NCBI GenBank assembly: GCA_038063895.1
Contig: JBBTUG010000004.1
Span: 1 to 58,058 of the forward strand
Direction of reading: 5' to 3'
Source: Patescibacteria group bacterium
Lineage (GTDB): Bacteria > Patescibacteriota > WWE3 > JAMCXX01 > JBBTUG01
DNA length: 58,058 nt
The first letter of the stretch is position 1; every line of letters begins with the position of its first letter. The translations under genes were made by a program, and so were the position numbers. Below the pieces are notes generated by a model. It worked only from the letters and a program-made list of their open reading frames with translations, had not been told where the DNA came from and did no database searches. Positions 33,955 through 43,858 of this stretch are shown here, one piece after another.

Positions 33955-34773
33955 TTGATGGCGACTCTGTTAACCGCAATTTTTTTCGGGATTGTCCAAG
34001 GCCTCACCGAGTTCCTTCCGGTTTCCTCAACCGCTCACTTAATCCTTTTGGAAAAGTTTCTTCATCTTTCCCCATCCGTCTTCGGGCTGTCTTTTGATGC
34101 GGCCTTGCACCTCGGGACGCTGCTGTCACTACTGCTTTACTTTTGGACAGACTTGCTGCGGCTAGTCCGTTCCTTCCTGAATGATCTTTGCCATTGCCAA
34201 ATCAAAACCCCCGAGAGCCGCCTGGTTATCAGCCTTATATTTGCGACGGTTCCGGCCGCAGTTTTAGGTTTTCTCCTGGAGAAAAAAATCGAGACGGTCT
34301 TCCGCGATCCGGCTTTGATTGCTTTGGCCCTGCTTTTTGGCAGCCTTATTTTTTATCTCGCAGAGAGGTTTTCAAAGATAACTTTGAGGCTGGAGAATCT
34401 TGGGACCGGGCGGAGCTTAGTTCTCGGTTTCTCTCAGGCCCTAGCCCTTATTCCCGGTATTTCCCGTTCCGGAATTACCGTGAGCGGCGGTTTATTGTTG
34501 GGAGTCTCCCGGGCCGAATCGGGGTATTTCGTTTTTCTGCTTTCCATCCCCATTATTTTTGGGGCCGGTCTCAAAAGTCTTTTTGATGCTTTTAAGGATG
34601 GGGTGCTGTTCCATTCCGGCGGTACTTTTATAGTCGGCTTTGCCGCGTCCGCCATTACCGGCTACTTTGTGGTGAAATACTTCCTCGCCTTCCTCAAGAA
34701 TAATTCCCTAACGGTTTTTATCTGGTACAGAGTTTTCCTCGCGTTATTGGTTCTATTTTTTATGGTAAGATAG
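33955..34773 (+). CDS. uppP: Undecaprenyl-diphosphate phosphatase
   Basis: BacA/UppP signatures: GLTEFLPVSSTAHL and PGISRSGITVSGGLLLG. 8 TM helices. Confidence 0.9.
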   Translation: MMATLLTAIFFGIVQGLTEFLPVSSTAHLILLEKFLHLSPSVFGLSFDAALHLGTLLSLLLYFWTDLLRLVRSFLNDLCHCQIKTPESRLVISLIFATVPAAVLGFLLEKKIETVFRDPALIALALLFGSLIFYLAERFSKITLRLENLGTGRSLVLGFSQALALIPGISRSGITVSGGLLLGVSRAESGYFVFLLSIPIIFGAGLKSLFDAFKDGVLFHSGGTFIVGFAASAITGYFVVKYFLAFLKNNSLTVFIWYRVFLALLVLFFMVR

Positions 34774-34782
34774 TAAATAGAA

Positions 34783-35475
34783 ATGGTTACCGCTGTTATT
34801 TCCTGTCACAACGAACACGAACGGGTAGGAGCTGTTTTAGACGTGGTGACTAAAGCGAATATGGTTGACGAGGTGATGGTTGTTGATGACGGAAGCACGG
34901 ACGGAACCGCGCAGTTAGTTGCCGATCTTTATCCCTCCGTTACTCTTGTACGGCACGAAACCAACCACGGGAAAGCCGCCGCGATGTGCACCGGGGTGGA
35001 GCGGATGAAAGGCGACATTGTCGTCTTTATCGATGCCGATCTGCAGAATTTAAAAGTCGAGCATATTGATAATTTAGTCCGGCCGGTAGTAGATGGCAGC
35101 GCGGATATGTCCGTGATGCTTCGGGGCAACGCCCCCTTTCTTTACCGAAAAGTTTTCCATTCCGATCCGGCGATTTCCGGCGAACGCTGTCTGCGGAAGG
35201 CCGACTTTTTGGAGATCCGCCAACACCACCCCGAACTACCGACAGTCCACTATGCGATTGAAGTCATTATTAATGATTATTTTATCTATCTGAAAAAGAA
35301 TGTCGTGGTGGTTGTCGCGCCGGGCGTGGACCAGTTCTATAAAGAACAAAAAGAGGGGTTTATTAAAGGCTTCGAAAAAAATCTTAAAATGACGACCAAT
35401 ATATTACGCAACATCGGCGTCCGGAAATACCTGCAGCAGCTCTCGGTTTACAGCCACATTCCCGTTAAAGAGTAA
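34783..35475 (+). CDS. Glycosyltransferase family 2 (polyprenyl-phosphate glycosyltransferase-like)
   Basis: VISCHNE, VVDDGSTDGT, and VFIDADL (DxD). Confidence 0.75.
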   Translation: MVTAVISCHNEHERVGAVLDVVTKANMVDEVMVVDDGSTDGTAQLVADLYPSVTLVRHETNHGKAAAMCTGVERMKGDIVVFIDADLQNLKVEHIDNLVRPVVDGSADMSVMLRGNAPFLYRKVFHSDPAISGERCLRKADFLEIRQHHPELPTVHYAIEVIINDYFIYLKKNVVVVVAPGVDQFYKEQKEGFIKGFEKNLKMTTNILRNIGVRKYLQQLSVYSHIPVKE

Positions 35476-35573
35476 TTTTCCCGTTATGGAAATTAAAGAA
35501 GCTTTTGCGGAGAAACTTGCTCCCCGCCGCCGGCTGTCCTTTTGATAACAGATCCTCCGCTCCACTGTTGAGT

Positions 35574-35603
35574 TTGACACATATCGACGCCGTTCTATAT
35601 AAT
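35574..35603 (+). promoter_or_regulatory. Sigma70-like promoter of the arsR-suf operon
   Basis: TTGACA, 18 nt spacer, TATAAT. The -10 ends 9 nt before the ATG at 35613 and there is no SD. Confidence 0.5.
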
Positions 35604-35612
35604 GGCGTGGCA

Positions 35613-35888
35613 ATGAAGAAAACCTTTAAAAACGGCTGTCCCCGCTGCTTTCGGGCTCTTTCGACGGATGTCCGAGCCAAAATCATTGATCTCCTGGCCT
35701 CCGGGACGGAGCATACCGTAACTGATATTGTTGCTCATTTCCGTCTGACCCAGCCGACCATCTCTTACCACTTATCGGAATTGGAAAAAACCGGGTTACT
35801 GACTTCCCGCATCGACGGGCGTTTCGTTTTTTATAAACTAAATCTATTTTGCAAAGAGGATAAAGAACGATGCCTGCTCCTTCGTTGA
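35613..35888 (+). CDS. ArsR/SmtB-family transcriptional regulator (likely suf operon regulator)
   Basis: wHTH region (RAKIIDLLASGTEHTVTDIVAHFRLTQPTISYHLSELEKTGLL). Cys pairs at the N-terminus (CPRC) and C-terminus. It lies immediately upstream of sufC. Confidence 0.75.
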   Translation: MKKTFKNGCPRCFRALSTDVRAKIIDLLASGTEHTVTDIVAHFRLTQPTISYHLSELEKTGLLTSRIDGRFVFYKLNLFCKEDKERCLLLR

Positions 35889-35895
35889 AAAGCTT

Positions 35896-36657
35896 ATGAA
35901 GAAACCCGTCATACCCCTTTTAGAAATAAGAAACCTCCACGCGGGAATATTGGACAAGGAAATTCTCCAGGGTGTCAACCTGACTGTCAACGCGGGGGAG
36001 ATCCACGCGATTATGGGGCCCAATGGTTCCGGGAAAAGCTCTCTGGCCTACACGTTGTTAGGGCATCCCGGTTACCTCGTGACCGGAGGGAAGGTGTTAC
36101 TTAACGGAAAAAACATTTTAAAAATGTCCCCGGACGAGCGGGCCAAAGCCGGGCTATTTTTAGCCTTCCAATATCCGGTGGAAATTGCCGGGGTAAGTTT
36201 GTGGAATCTTCTGCGGACGGCTTATTCCGCGGTTCACGGTCCGGTCTCTTTCAGTGACTTAAAAACCAAAGTCAACGAGCGCTCCGCCGAGTTAAAGATG
36301 GACCCGGCTTTTCTCACCCGTTCCGTGAACGAAGGTTTTTCCGGCGGCGAGAAAAAGAAAGCGGAAATTCTACAGCTGGCGGTCCTTCAGCCACTGGTGG
36401 CGGTTCTCGACGAAACCGATTCCGGACTGGATATTGATGCTTTAAGAGATGTGGCCGAAGGAATTAATCTTCTTCTAAAAAGCCGGCCCAACCTCTCAAT
36501 AATATTGATTACCCATTATTTTCGGATCTTAAAATACATCCGCCCGGGCAAAGTCCACGTATTCGGTGAGGGAAAAATTATCCGCTCCGACGGACCGGAG
36601 CTGGCGACGGAGTTGGAAGAGAAGGGGTATGGGTGGACAAATGTCTTCAACCGATAA
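35896..36657 (+). CDS. sufC: Fe-S cluster assembly ATPase SufC
   Basis: Walker A (GPNGSGKSS), the ABC signature (FSGGEKKK), and Walker B ([12 protein letters not shown]). Confidence 0.95.
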   Translation: MKKPVIPLLEIRNLHAGILDKEILQGVNLTVNAGEIHAIMGPNGSGKSSLAYTLLGHPGYLVTGGKVLLNGKNILKMSPDERAKAGLFLAFQYPVEIAGVSLWNLLRTAYSAVHGPVSFSDLKTKVNERSAELKMDPAFLTRSVNEGFSGGEKKKAEILQLAVLQPLVAVLDETDSGLDIDALRDVAEGINLLLKSRPNLSIILITHYFRILKYIRPGKVHVFGEGKIIRSDGPELATELEEKGYGWTNVFNR

Positions 36658-38050
36658 ACAGCTAAGAAATATCAAGAAAAACTACCAATACGGCTTTCAT
36701 ATGCCCGCCCGTTCGGTCTTCAATACCGGTGTCGGACTAAACGCCGGGGTGGTGGCGGAAATCTCCGGCCGGAAAAAGGAGCCAGCGTGGATGGCACAAC
36801 AGCGCCAGAAGGCTTTAAAACTCTTTTACGCGAAACCTTTTCCCGCCTGGGGTGGTGATTTATCGCAAATTAATTTCGATTCCATCTGTTATTACTTGGA
36901 GCCGACCGACAAGCTCGAGAGCACTTGGGAAGCGCTCCCGAGTGAAATTAGACGGACTTACGATAAGTTAGGAATTCCGGAAGCGGAAAAGAAGTATCTT
37001 TCGGGAGTCAAAGCCCAATACGAAAGCGTCGTCGTCTACGGTTCCCTAATGGAGAGTCTGAAGAAAAAAGGAGTTGTATTTTTAGGGATGGACGAGGGGT
37101 TAAAAAAATTCCCTGAACTGGTCAAGGAGTATTTCGGGACAATAATTCCGGCCGGGGATAATAAGTTCGCCGCCCTAAACACCGCTGTGTGGTCGGGAGG
37201 CAGTTTCATCTATATCCCGAAAGGAGTGAAAGTCGAATTCCCTCTGCAGGCTTACTTCCGGATCAACGCTGCTAATATGGGTCAGTTCGAGCGGACTCTA
37301 ATCATTGCTGACGAGGGCAGTTTTGTCCATTATGTCGAGGGTTGCTCCGCGCCAATTTATTCGACGGATTCTTTACACTCGGCGGTGGTGGAGATTCTGG
37401 TGAAAAGGAAGGCTAGGGTCCGTTACACGACCATCCAAAATTGGAGCACCAATGTTTACAATCTTGTTACCAAAAGAGCGAAAGTGCTGGGCGATGGAGT
37501 GATGGAGTGGGTTGACTTCAACGGCGGTTCAAAACTAACAATGAAGTTTCCAAGTTGTTATCTGATGGAGCCGGGGGCGCACGGAGAAGTGCTGTCTTTA
37601 GCCTTTGCAGGTGCAGGGCAACATCAAGATACGGGTGGGAAAGCGGTGCACTTCGCACCCAATACCACTTCCCGGATAATTTCGAAGTCCGTGTCTCTGA
37701 ATGGCGGCCGGACATCTTATCGCGGCCTGTTGCAGATTAATCCGGGCGCCAAGGGCTCAAAATCAAAAGTCGTTTGTGATGCCCTGATTCTTGATTCAAA
37801 GAGCCGCTCCGACACTTATCCGACAATGAGGGTGGACGAGAATGATGTCACGGTCGAGCACGAAGCGACCGTGTCGAAAGTGGGGGAAGATCAGCTTTTC
37901 TATCTGATGAGCCGCGGTTTATCCGAGGAGAGTGCCTCGTCCCTGGTGGTTTCTGGCTTTGTAGAACCTATTGTTAAGCAGCTACCACTGGAGTACGCGG
38001 TTGAGCTAAACCGTCTGATCGATCTGCAGATGAAAGGCTCGGTGGGTTAA
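36641..38050 (+). CDS. sufB: Fe-S cluster assembly scaffold SufB
   Basis: Highly conserved SufB core ([15 protein letters not shown].., [19 protein letters not shown].., TIQNWS.., SYRGLL.., [21 protein letters not shown]). I chose the start at the ATG overlapping the sufC stop. Confidence 0.95.
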   Translation: MSSTDKQLRNIKKNYQYGFHMPARSVFNTGVGLNAGVVAEISGRKKEPAWMAQQRQKALKLFYAKPFPAWGGDLSQINFDSICYYLEPTDKLESTWEALPSEIRRTYDKLGIPEAEKKYLSGVKAQYESVVVYGSLMESLKKKGVVFLGMDEGLKKFPELVKEYFGTIIPAGDNKFAALNTAVWSGGSFIYIPKGVKVEFPLQAYFRINAANMGQFERTLIIADEGSFVHYVEGCSAPIYSTDSLHSAVVEILVKRKARVRYTTIQNWSTNVYNLVTKRAKVLGDGVMEWVDFNGGSKLTMKFPSCYLMEPGAHGEVLSLAFAGAGQHQDTGGKAVHFAPNTTSRIISKSVSLNGGRTSYRGLLQINPGAKGSKSKVVCDALILDSKSRSDTYPTMRVDENDVTVEHEATVSKVGEDQLFYLMSRGLSEESASSLVVSGFVEPIVKQLPLEYAVELNRLIDLQMKGSVG

Positions 38051-38055
38051 CTAAC

Positions 38056-38727
38056 ATGGGTGAGAAAGTACTACTAACCGAAAAAATACTGGACTTGGAC
38101 AGGGGCCGGACTTTGCTCGATTTTTGTAGGGAGGAGGAGACGGAGATTATTTTAGGGACTCGGGAAAACCTGACCGTGGTTCTGCTTCCCCGTGCTATCG
38201 CGACCAGAAAAAAGTTGACCGTTTATTTAAAAGGCGATGGGAGCCGGGTGGAGATTTTGGGTTTGGTTGTGGGTGGGGAGGGCGAGGAATATCAACTTGA
38301 TATCCGGACTATTCACCAAGGTCTGAATACCTCCGCCCATGCCATAGTGCGCGGAGTTCTTTTTGAGAGCAGCCGGCTAAATTTTTCGGGAATGATAAAA
38401 ATTGAGAAAGGGGCAAATAAAACCCTGTCTCTTTTGGAAAACCGGGTTTTGGTTCTTGGAGAAGCCGCCAAGGCCAATTCTCTCCCTTCCCTCGAAATTG
38501 AGGCCGATGATGTTAAAGCCTCTCACGCGGCCACCATCGGCCGGGTTGACGCGGCGGCGTTGTTCTACTTGCAATCACGCGGTCTTTCGCGTCAAAATGC
38601 AATCAGTCTGCTCTCTGAAGGATTTTTCGAGCCGATTTTGAGAAAATTGGCCGGAAGCCAGATGGTAAAGGAGGTGCGTCAACAGATATGGCGGAGTTTA
38701 TCAAAGCAATTGAAGAAAAAAAACTAA
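38056..38727 (+). CDS. sufD: SufD-like protein (short form)
   Basis: Only the C-terminal beta-helix part of SufB/D is present (IEADDVKASHAATIGRVDAAALFYLQSRGLS). At 223 aa it is much shorter than the usual length of about 430 aa. Confidence 0.7.
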   Translation: MGEKVLLTEKILDLDRGRTLLDFCREEETEIILGTRENLTVVLLPRAIATRKKLTVYLKGDGSRVEILGLVVGGEGEEYQLDIRTIHQGLNTSAHAIVRGVLFESSRLNFSGMIKIEKGANKTLSLLENRVLVLGEAAKANSLPSLEIEADDVKASHAATIGRVDAAALFYLQSRGLSRQNAISLLSEGFFEPILRKLAGSQMVKEVRQQIWRSLSKQLKKKN

Positions 38728-38996
38728 GTGAGGGGATAATGGTTCCGGTTATCGTCCTTGGCCAGTCGCTCGGTCTTGTGAAAAAATACAACCGGTATTT
38801 CGCTTTTGAAAATAATTGTACCCACGCCGGGTGCGCTCTTTCCGAAGGGCTTCTCGAAGACCTGGAAGTGGAGTGCCCGTGCCACGGAGCGCGATTTAAT
38901 ATTGAAAGCGGTGAAGTTTTGGCTTTACCGGCCACGCTTCCGATTAAAACCTATCCCACAAAAGTGGCTAATGGTTTCGTAATGGTCGAAGTCTAA
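38688..38996 (+). CDS. Rieske [2Fe-2S] ferredoxin-like protein
   Basis: CTHAGCAL and CPCHGARF, the two Rieske cluster-binding boxes. Confidence 0.8.
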   Translation: MAEFIKAIEEKKLSEGIMVPVIVLGQSLGLVKKYNRYFAFENNCTHAGCALSEGLLEDLEVECPCHGARFNIESGEVLALPATLPIKTYPTKVANGFVMVEV

Positions 38997-39009
38997 TTCT
39001 AATTACATA

Positions 39010-40236
39010 ATGTTTAATGTAAATACAGTTAGAGAAGATTTTCCTATCCTGAAAAGGATAATTAACGGTTACCCGCTTGTTTATCTGGACAATGCGGCGA
39101 CTTCGCAAAAGCCCCGCTCTGTGATTGCGGCCATTGTTGATTACTACGAAAACCACAATGCCAATGTCCACCGGGGTGTTCACACCTTATCTGAAGAAGC
39201 CACGAAGCTTTATGAAGAGAGCCGGAGCCGGGTGGCGGAATTTATCAACGCCAAACAGCCTGAGGAGATTGTCTTCACAAAAAATTCCACCGAGGCTATT
39301 AACCTCGTCGCCTTCTCTTACGGATCAGTAAACCTGAAAAAGGGCGAGGAGATATTAATTTCCGAAATGGAGCACCACAGCAATATTGTTCCGTGGCAGT
39401 TGTTGGCGGAAAGAACCGGGGCCACTCTTAAATTTCTACCATTTAATCAGGACGGCGGCCTTGAAATATTGAATCTCAAAAATCACGTCTCAAACAGAAC
39501 AAAAATCGTGGCCTTAACGCATGTCTCTAATTTTTTCGGAACCATTAATCCGATTAAGGACATTGTTAAAATTGCGCATAGGACCGGCGCGATCGTCTTA
39601 GTGGACGCGTCGCAAAGCGCTCCGCACCTTCCTTTAGATGTCCAGGATCTCGATTGCGATTTTATGGCTTTTACCGGGCATAAAATGCTGGGTCCGATGG
39701 GAATCGGGGTTCTCTATGGCCGAAAATCCTTGCTGGAAAAAATGCCGCCGTTTTTAGGCGGCGGGGATATGATCCGGACAGTGACTTTAGCAGGATCCAC
39801 CTGGAACGATGTTCCCTATAAGTTTGAAGCCGGGACCCCTAACGTTGAAGGGGCCGTCGGTCTTTCGGCAGCGGTTACGTATCTGCAACAATTCGATAAT
39901 AATGAAATTCAGGATTACGAAACGGAGTTAATCGGATACGCATTGAGTAGGCTGAAAGAAATTGACAGCGTTACGATTTACGGTCCGCCAGCCGGGCAAG
40001 AGCGCGCGGCCCTGGTTTCCTTTAACCTGAAAGGGGCACATCCTCACGATGTTGCCACGCTACTCGACCGGGAGGGCATTGCGGTCCGTTCCGGCTATCA
40101 TTGTACGATGCCGGCTCATTCCCGTCTTAATATTCCGGCCTCCGTCCGGGCCAGTTTTTATTTTTATAATACGAAAGAGGAGATTGACCGGCTAATAGGG
40201 GCGCTTATGAAAGTTAAACGGGTTCTTGGAAAATAG
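39010..40236 (+). CDS. sufS: Cysteine desulfurase SufS
   Basis: Class V aminotransferase group II: HHSNIVPWQ, FTGHKMLGPMGIGVLYG (PLP Lys), and RSGYHCTMP (catalytic Cys). Confidence 0.95.
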   Translation: MFNVNTVREDFPILKRIINGYPLVYLDNAATSQKPRSVIAAIVDYYENHNANVHRGVHTLSEEATKLYEESRSRVAEFINAKQPEEIVFTKNSTEAINLVAFSYGSVNLKKGEEILISEMEHHSNIVPWQLLAERTGATLKFLPFNQDGGLEILNLKNHVSNRTKIVALTHVSNFFGTINPIKDIVKIAHRTGAIVLVDASQSAPHLPLDVQDLDCDFMAFTGHKMLGPMGIGVLYGRKSLLEKMPPFLGGGDMIRTVTLAGSTWNDVPYKFEAGTPNVEGAVGLSAAVTYLQQFDNNEIQDYETELIGYALSRLKEIDSVTIYGPPAGQERAALVSFNLKGAHPHDVATLLDREGIAVRSGYHCTMPAHSRLNIPASVRASFYFYNTKEEIDRLIGALMKVKRVLGK

Positions 40237-40239
40237 GTT

Positions 40240-40608
40240 ATGGATATATATCGCGAAGAAATATTGGAGCATTACCGGAACCCCCACAACTTCGGGACTC
40301 TCCCGGGGGCGGATTCATCGGCGGAAGAAGCCAATCCGCTGTGCGGCGACAGTTTAAAGTTATTTGTAAAGCTGGCGGGAAAGGGGCAGGATAAAACCGT
40401 GGCCGACGTCTCTTTCCTCGGCGTCGGTTGTGTTTTAAGCACCGCCTCCGCTTCGATGTTGACCGATTTAGTTAAAGGCAAGACCCTGAAAGAAATAAAG
40501 GCGTTAAAAAAAGAAGACCTGCTGGGACTGCTTGGCGCTGTAGTTGCTCCCGCCCGTCTCAAATGCGTTTTACTCTCTTTAGAGACCCTCCGCAAAGCTC
40601 TCGCTTAA
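40240..40608 (+). CDS. sufU: SufU/IscU-like Fe-S scaffold / sulfur acceptor
   Basis: NPLCGD, GVGCVLSTASAS, and a C-terminal RLKCVLL. These are the three conserved Cys positions of SufU. Confidence 0.85.
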   Translation: MDIYREEILEHYRNPHNFGTLPGADSSAEEANPLCGDSLKLFVKLAGKGQDKTVADVSFLGVGCVLSTASASMLTDLVKGKTLKEIKALKKEDLLGLLGAVVAPARLKCVLLSLETLRKALA

Positions 40609-40616
40609 ACTTTTGA

Positions 40617-40642
40617 AATTATAACTCGATCGCGTTATAATT
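40617..40642. terminator. AT-rich inverted repeat between convergent genes
   Basis: AATTATAAC / GTTATAATT 9-bp arms with an 8-nt loop. Confidence 0.4.
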
Positions 40643-40691
40643 ACAAGAGGGCACCACCTCGACTCACCTTCGGCAACTGCAGTTATGTCAA

Positions 40692-41081
40692 TCAGTCCAA
40701 CTGAATATGCTCTAGGTGTACGCTTCTAGGGAAGATCGTTTTAAGTTCCTCCGGTGTAACCCAGCGGAAATTCGTATGCTCCCAACTTACGGTTACCTCG
40801 CCGGTAACGTAATCACCTACCACTAATATTTCAAGCGACCATTTACCCCGATAAGGCATAGCCCAAAGGGCGAGCAGTTTGGTAACTTTAATTTCGATAC
40901 TGGCCTCTTCTTTCGCCTCGCGACTGGCGGCCGCAAATGGCTGTTCACCATAGTTAATACCGCCGCCGGGTAAGTCCCAACAACCGGGGTCTTCTTGATC
41001 AATCTCAGCTCTTTTTAGAAGAAGATAGAGATTATCTTTCTTGACGAGGATATGGATACCAGCGCAGAAAGTGTTTTCCAT
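40692..41081 (-). CDS. Nudix hydrolase (canonical box)
   Basis: GGGINYGEQPFAAASREAKEEASI matches GX5EX7REUXEEXGU. I chose the internal Met (MENTF..) so that it does not overlap the upstream gene. Confidence 0.8.
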   Translation of the reverse strand: MENTFCAGIHILVKKDNLYLLLKRAEIDQEDPGCWDLPGGGINYGEQPFAAASREAKEEASIEIKVTKLLALWAMPYRGKWSLEILVVGDYVTGEVTVSWEHTNFRWVTPEELKTIFPRSVHLEHIQLD

Positions 41082-41101
41082 CTTATGGTTTGCTTCTTGT
41101 T

Positions 41102-42076
41102 TTACATTTGAATTAGACTCTCCAACCAAGAAATGCGTTTGTTTCTTCGCTGCCACCAAATATCTTCCCAGACGTAGTGGATGGCCAGGTTTTTCCACCG
41201 ACCCCACCTGTTGAAAAACCGGAGCATTGTCGGGACCGGAACCAAGTTCTTCTCGTAATCCCTATTAAAAAAGATCTTGGTGTAGATTTTCTGCTCCCAA
41301 GGGGAAATGTGTTTTAAGTAGTCCCAGTGGTGAAAGACGTCAAACATAATATAGCCAACGGAGGCCGGGCCGATACCGTAAAGGGAAAGAAGCGTTTTTT
41401 CCTGATCCTGCGTGGGTGCCTGTCTCAACTTCAGTTCGTCAATTTCCCCGCGGGCGAAGGCTTGCGAAACTTTAAGCAGAGATTTGGCCCGGTACCCCAC
41501 TTTTAGCGCCCGTAGTTTCTCTTCCGTGGTGGAGGCTAAAACTGCAGGCTCCCAAAAGCCCCAGAATTGTTGCTTATCAAACTCCAGCCGCGTGCCGTAA
41601 TTCTCAAAGAGATTCTGCATCATTGTAACACTTCTTTTGACGGTGGCGTTTTGCAGAACAATGTCGATGATAAGGTATTCGTAAAGGGAGCCAGCGTGCA
41701 TCGGGCGCAGACCGAAAAACTTTTTGATGAGGGGTTTAAGGAGGCGGTCGCCGCCGACCTCGCGATAGAAGGAGGAAAGATCAAGATCAAGGCTAAAACG
41801 CCAAACGACCTCTCTTTTAAGGGCGGTCGGAAAGTCGGTGGTAAGAGGCCGGGAAGAAAAGATTTTTATCCCGACCTTGGGTTTTCCTGCCGTTCCCGCG
41901 TTTTCAAAAATTAAGCCCAGCTTTTGTCCCTGCCAAAGAATCGTTTGCCACCTTCTCCCCGTCTCCCATTTAGTGTCCGCGGTGGGAAAATGAGCTGGTT
42001 TAAAAAAGGTGGAATCGAAATGGAAAGGAGGGGTGGGTGTAATTTCTAACATTTCTTTATGTTTAAGTTTTGTCAT
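41102..42076 (-). CDS. HhH-GPD superfamily DNA glycosylase (AlkA/Ogg-like)
   Basis: Helix-hairpin-helix motif LLSLYGIGPASVGYIMFDVF followed by an Asp-containing loop. The N-terminal AlkA-like domain is present. Confidence 0.65.
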   Translation of the reverse strand: MTKLKHKEMLEITPTPPFHFDSTFFKPAHFPTADTKWETGRRWQTILWQGQKLGLIFENAGTAGKPKVGIKIFSSRPLTTDFPTALKREVVWRFSLDLDLSSFYREVGGDRLLKPLIKKFFGLRPMHAGSLYEYLIIDIVLQNATVKRSVTMMQNLFENYGTRLEFDKQQFWGFWEPAVLASTTEEKLRALKVGYRAKSLLKVSQAFARGEIDELKLRQAPTQDQEKTLLSLYGIGPASVGYIMFDVFHHWDYLKHISPWEQKIYTKIFFNRDYEKNLVPVPTMLRFFNRWGRWKNLAIHYVWEDIWWQRRNKRISWLESLIQM

Positions 42077-42079
42077 GGC

Positions 42080-42913
42080 TTAGTCGATCTCCGCAAGTAA
42101 GGGGTAGTGATCCGAGGTCTTGTCAAAGAGCCTTCCTTTGAGAACTTCCGTCGTTTTAACCTTCAAATCCGAGGAACAAAAGATGTAATCAATTCTGGCG
42201 AATAACGGCAGTTTGAGGGGATGGCTGGGTGTGAAGGCGGTGGGGGCAGGCTCTTTCTTAGCGACATCTTGAAAACCGGCGGAAAGAATTAATGGAACAA
42301 CTTCCGCCCGGGAAAGTTCTTTGGCGTAAGTACTTAGATAAGGGAGAGTGTTCTTGTCGATCGTTGGATTACTGTGCAGAAAGAGCTCAAACCGTTCTTT
42401 GGTCTGTTGTACTTCTTGAGGAGGGAGAGTGTTGAAGTCGCCTAGTAAAATAGTGGGAACCTGTTGATCTACCTCACTAAGTAGAGTGCGGGCTTGTTCC
42501 AGACGTGTGTTTTCGTCCAGGTCGGTGAAATAAACGGTAAAAACATCTAGCAGTGCCCGGTCTCCCCAAGTCATTCGCGTCTTTAGGCAATTGCGGGTTT
42601 TTAGCCTTACCGTAGAAAACTTCTCTACCGGCAGGTTGGTTAGAAACGCCACTCCGCCAAACCGGCGGTCAGGATGATCTTTGTCGAGGTCTTCCAGATC
42701 AATGCAGAAAGCGCAGCGATAGTCGAAGATCTTCTGCAGATCCTCGGGGAGGAAGGTGCTCCTCCAGTGAAAAGTGTCCACTAGTCCGAGGAAATCCGCG
42801 CCGATCGTCTTGAGCGCTTGTTTCAGCAAGGGCAGTCTCTCCGGTGTTTTGGGAATGGAGGAGGAGTAGTTCCCAAAGCCGCCGCTCATGATGTTGTAAG
42901 TTGCGATTTTCAT
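42080..42913 (-). CDS. Endonuclease/exonuclease/phosphatase (EEP) family protein
   Basis: MKIATYNI.., LLGDFN, and a C-terminal SDHYPL. Confidence 0.75.
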   Translation of the reverse strand: MKIATYNIMSGGFGNYSSSIPKTPERLPLLKQALKTIGADFLGLVDTFHWRSTFLPEDLQKIFDYRCAFCIDLEDLDKDHPDRRFGGVAFLTNLPVEKFSTVRLKTRNCLKTRMTWGDRALLDVFTVYFTDLDENTRLEQARTLLSEVDQQVPTILLGDFNTLPPQEVQQTKERFELFLHSNPTIDKNTLPYLSTYAKELSRAEVVPLILSAGFQDVAKKEPAPTAFTPSHPLKLPLFARIDYIFCSSDLKVKTTEVLKGRLFDKTSDHYPLLAEID

Positions 42914-42919
42914 AAGACT

Positions 42920-43858
42920 TTATAAATTGAACTTAAAGAGGAATTTAATGAGCGGGTTGTAGTATTTCGTATAGGAACCAGGGTAGGTAGACTCGACCCC
43001 GCAAAACTTGGACTTAAACACTGATAAACTTCCCCACCGCCGGCTGATCTTAAAACGGGGATCGGCAATCCCGCCCAGATCCAGCAGATTACAGTCCCGT
43101 TCCTTCGCCATCTTAATCAGCTCCCAAACGACTAGGTACTGTGCTAACAGTTTTCGGCCGACGATGGTAGCGGCGGCATATTCGTAGTAGGCCGTTTTTC
43201 CGGAAAAGATTACCAGAGATCCGCTTAAATATTCGTCTGGACCGAACCGCGCGAGGATAAAATATCCCTTATCTTTAAAAGCGAGAACTTTTGCCTCCAA
43301 TTCCCGGCGGGGCGGAATCCAAAAGCCTTTTTCCTGACCGGTACTTTTAAAGATTTTGTAAAAAGACTGCAAGCGCTTTGGTGTTAAGATAGCGTCGTTT
43401 AAGGGGATTACTTCGATGGTGATGCCGTTCCGTTCCGCTTTTCGGATGGAGTAGCGGGCATCCTTAGAGAATTTATTCCAAAGCTCGTCTAAACCCGGTT
43501 TTAGATCTACGGAGACAATTTTGGTCGGACAAAGCGGCCAGTTATCCCGAACGTACCCGTTGGCTAACAGTACTTTCTCCTCCGGTCCGCCCTCCGCCGA
43601 CTCTACTTTAATAAATAAGGCCCGCCGTCTTTTGGCTAACTCCTCCAGCTGGCCGAAAGGAACGAAAGCCGGACGCATCGTCTTAACAATTGATCCGAGG
43701 AAAGGAAGATTCTTAATAAACACCCGGCAAACCTCGCCTTCTCCGTTTTCCAGGAGTTCAATTTTCCATCCCAGCCTGGACATAAACTCGGCCCACTCCG
43801 GGGTCTGGTGCAGATCGGTCGCTGTATTCATCTTTTGAGCGCTTTCAGGAAGAGCCAA
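42920..43858 (-). CDS. FemAB-family peptidoglycan interpeptide-bridge aminoacyltransferase (paralogue 2)
   Basis: Length and pattern are typical of FemX/FemAB (..FIKVE.., ..YYEYAAAT..KLLAQYLVVWELIKMAKERDCNLLDLGGI..). It is paralogous to the upstream ORF. Confidence 0.7.
   Translation of the reverse strand: MALPESAQKMNTATDLHQTPEWAEFMSRLGWKIELLENGEGEVCRVFIKNLPFLGSIVKTMRPAFVPFGQLEELAKRRRALFIKVESAEGGPEEKVLLANGYVRDNWPLCPTKIVSVDLKPGLDELWNKFSKDARYSIRKAERNGITIEVIPLNDAILTPKRLQSFYKIFKSTGQEKGFWIPPRRELEAKVLAFKDKGYFILARFGPDEYLSGSLVIFSGKTAYYEYAAATIVGRKLLAQYLVVWELIKMAKERDCNLLDLGGIADPRFKISRRWGSLSVFKSKFCGVESTYPGSYTKYYNPLIKFLFKFNL

Noticed and set aside
36566-36640. The long N-terminal extension of the sufB ORF ([13 protein letters not shown]..).
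   Set aside because: The extension overlaps the sufC 3' end out of frame and is Arg/Trp-rich nonsense. The conserved SufB sequence begins after the ATG at 36641, which has a suitably spaced purine-rich SD.
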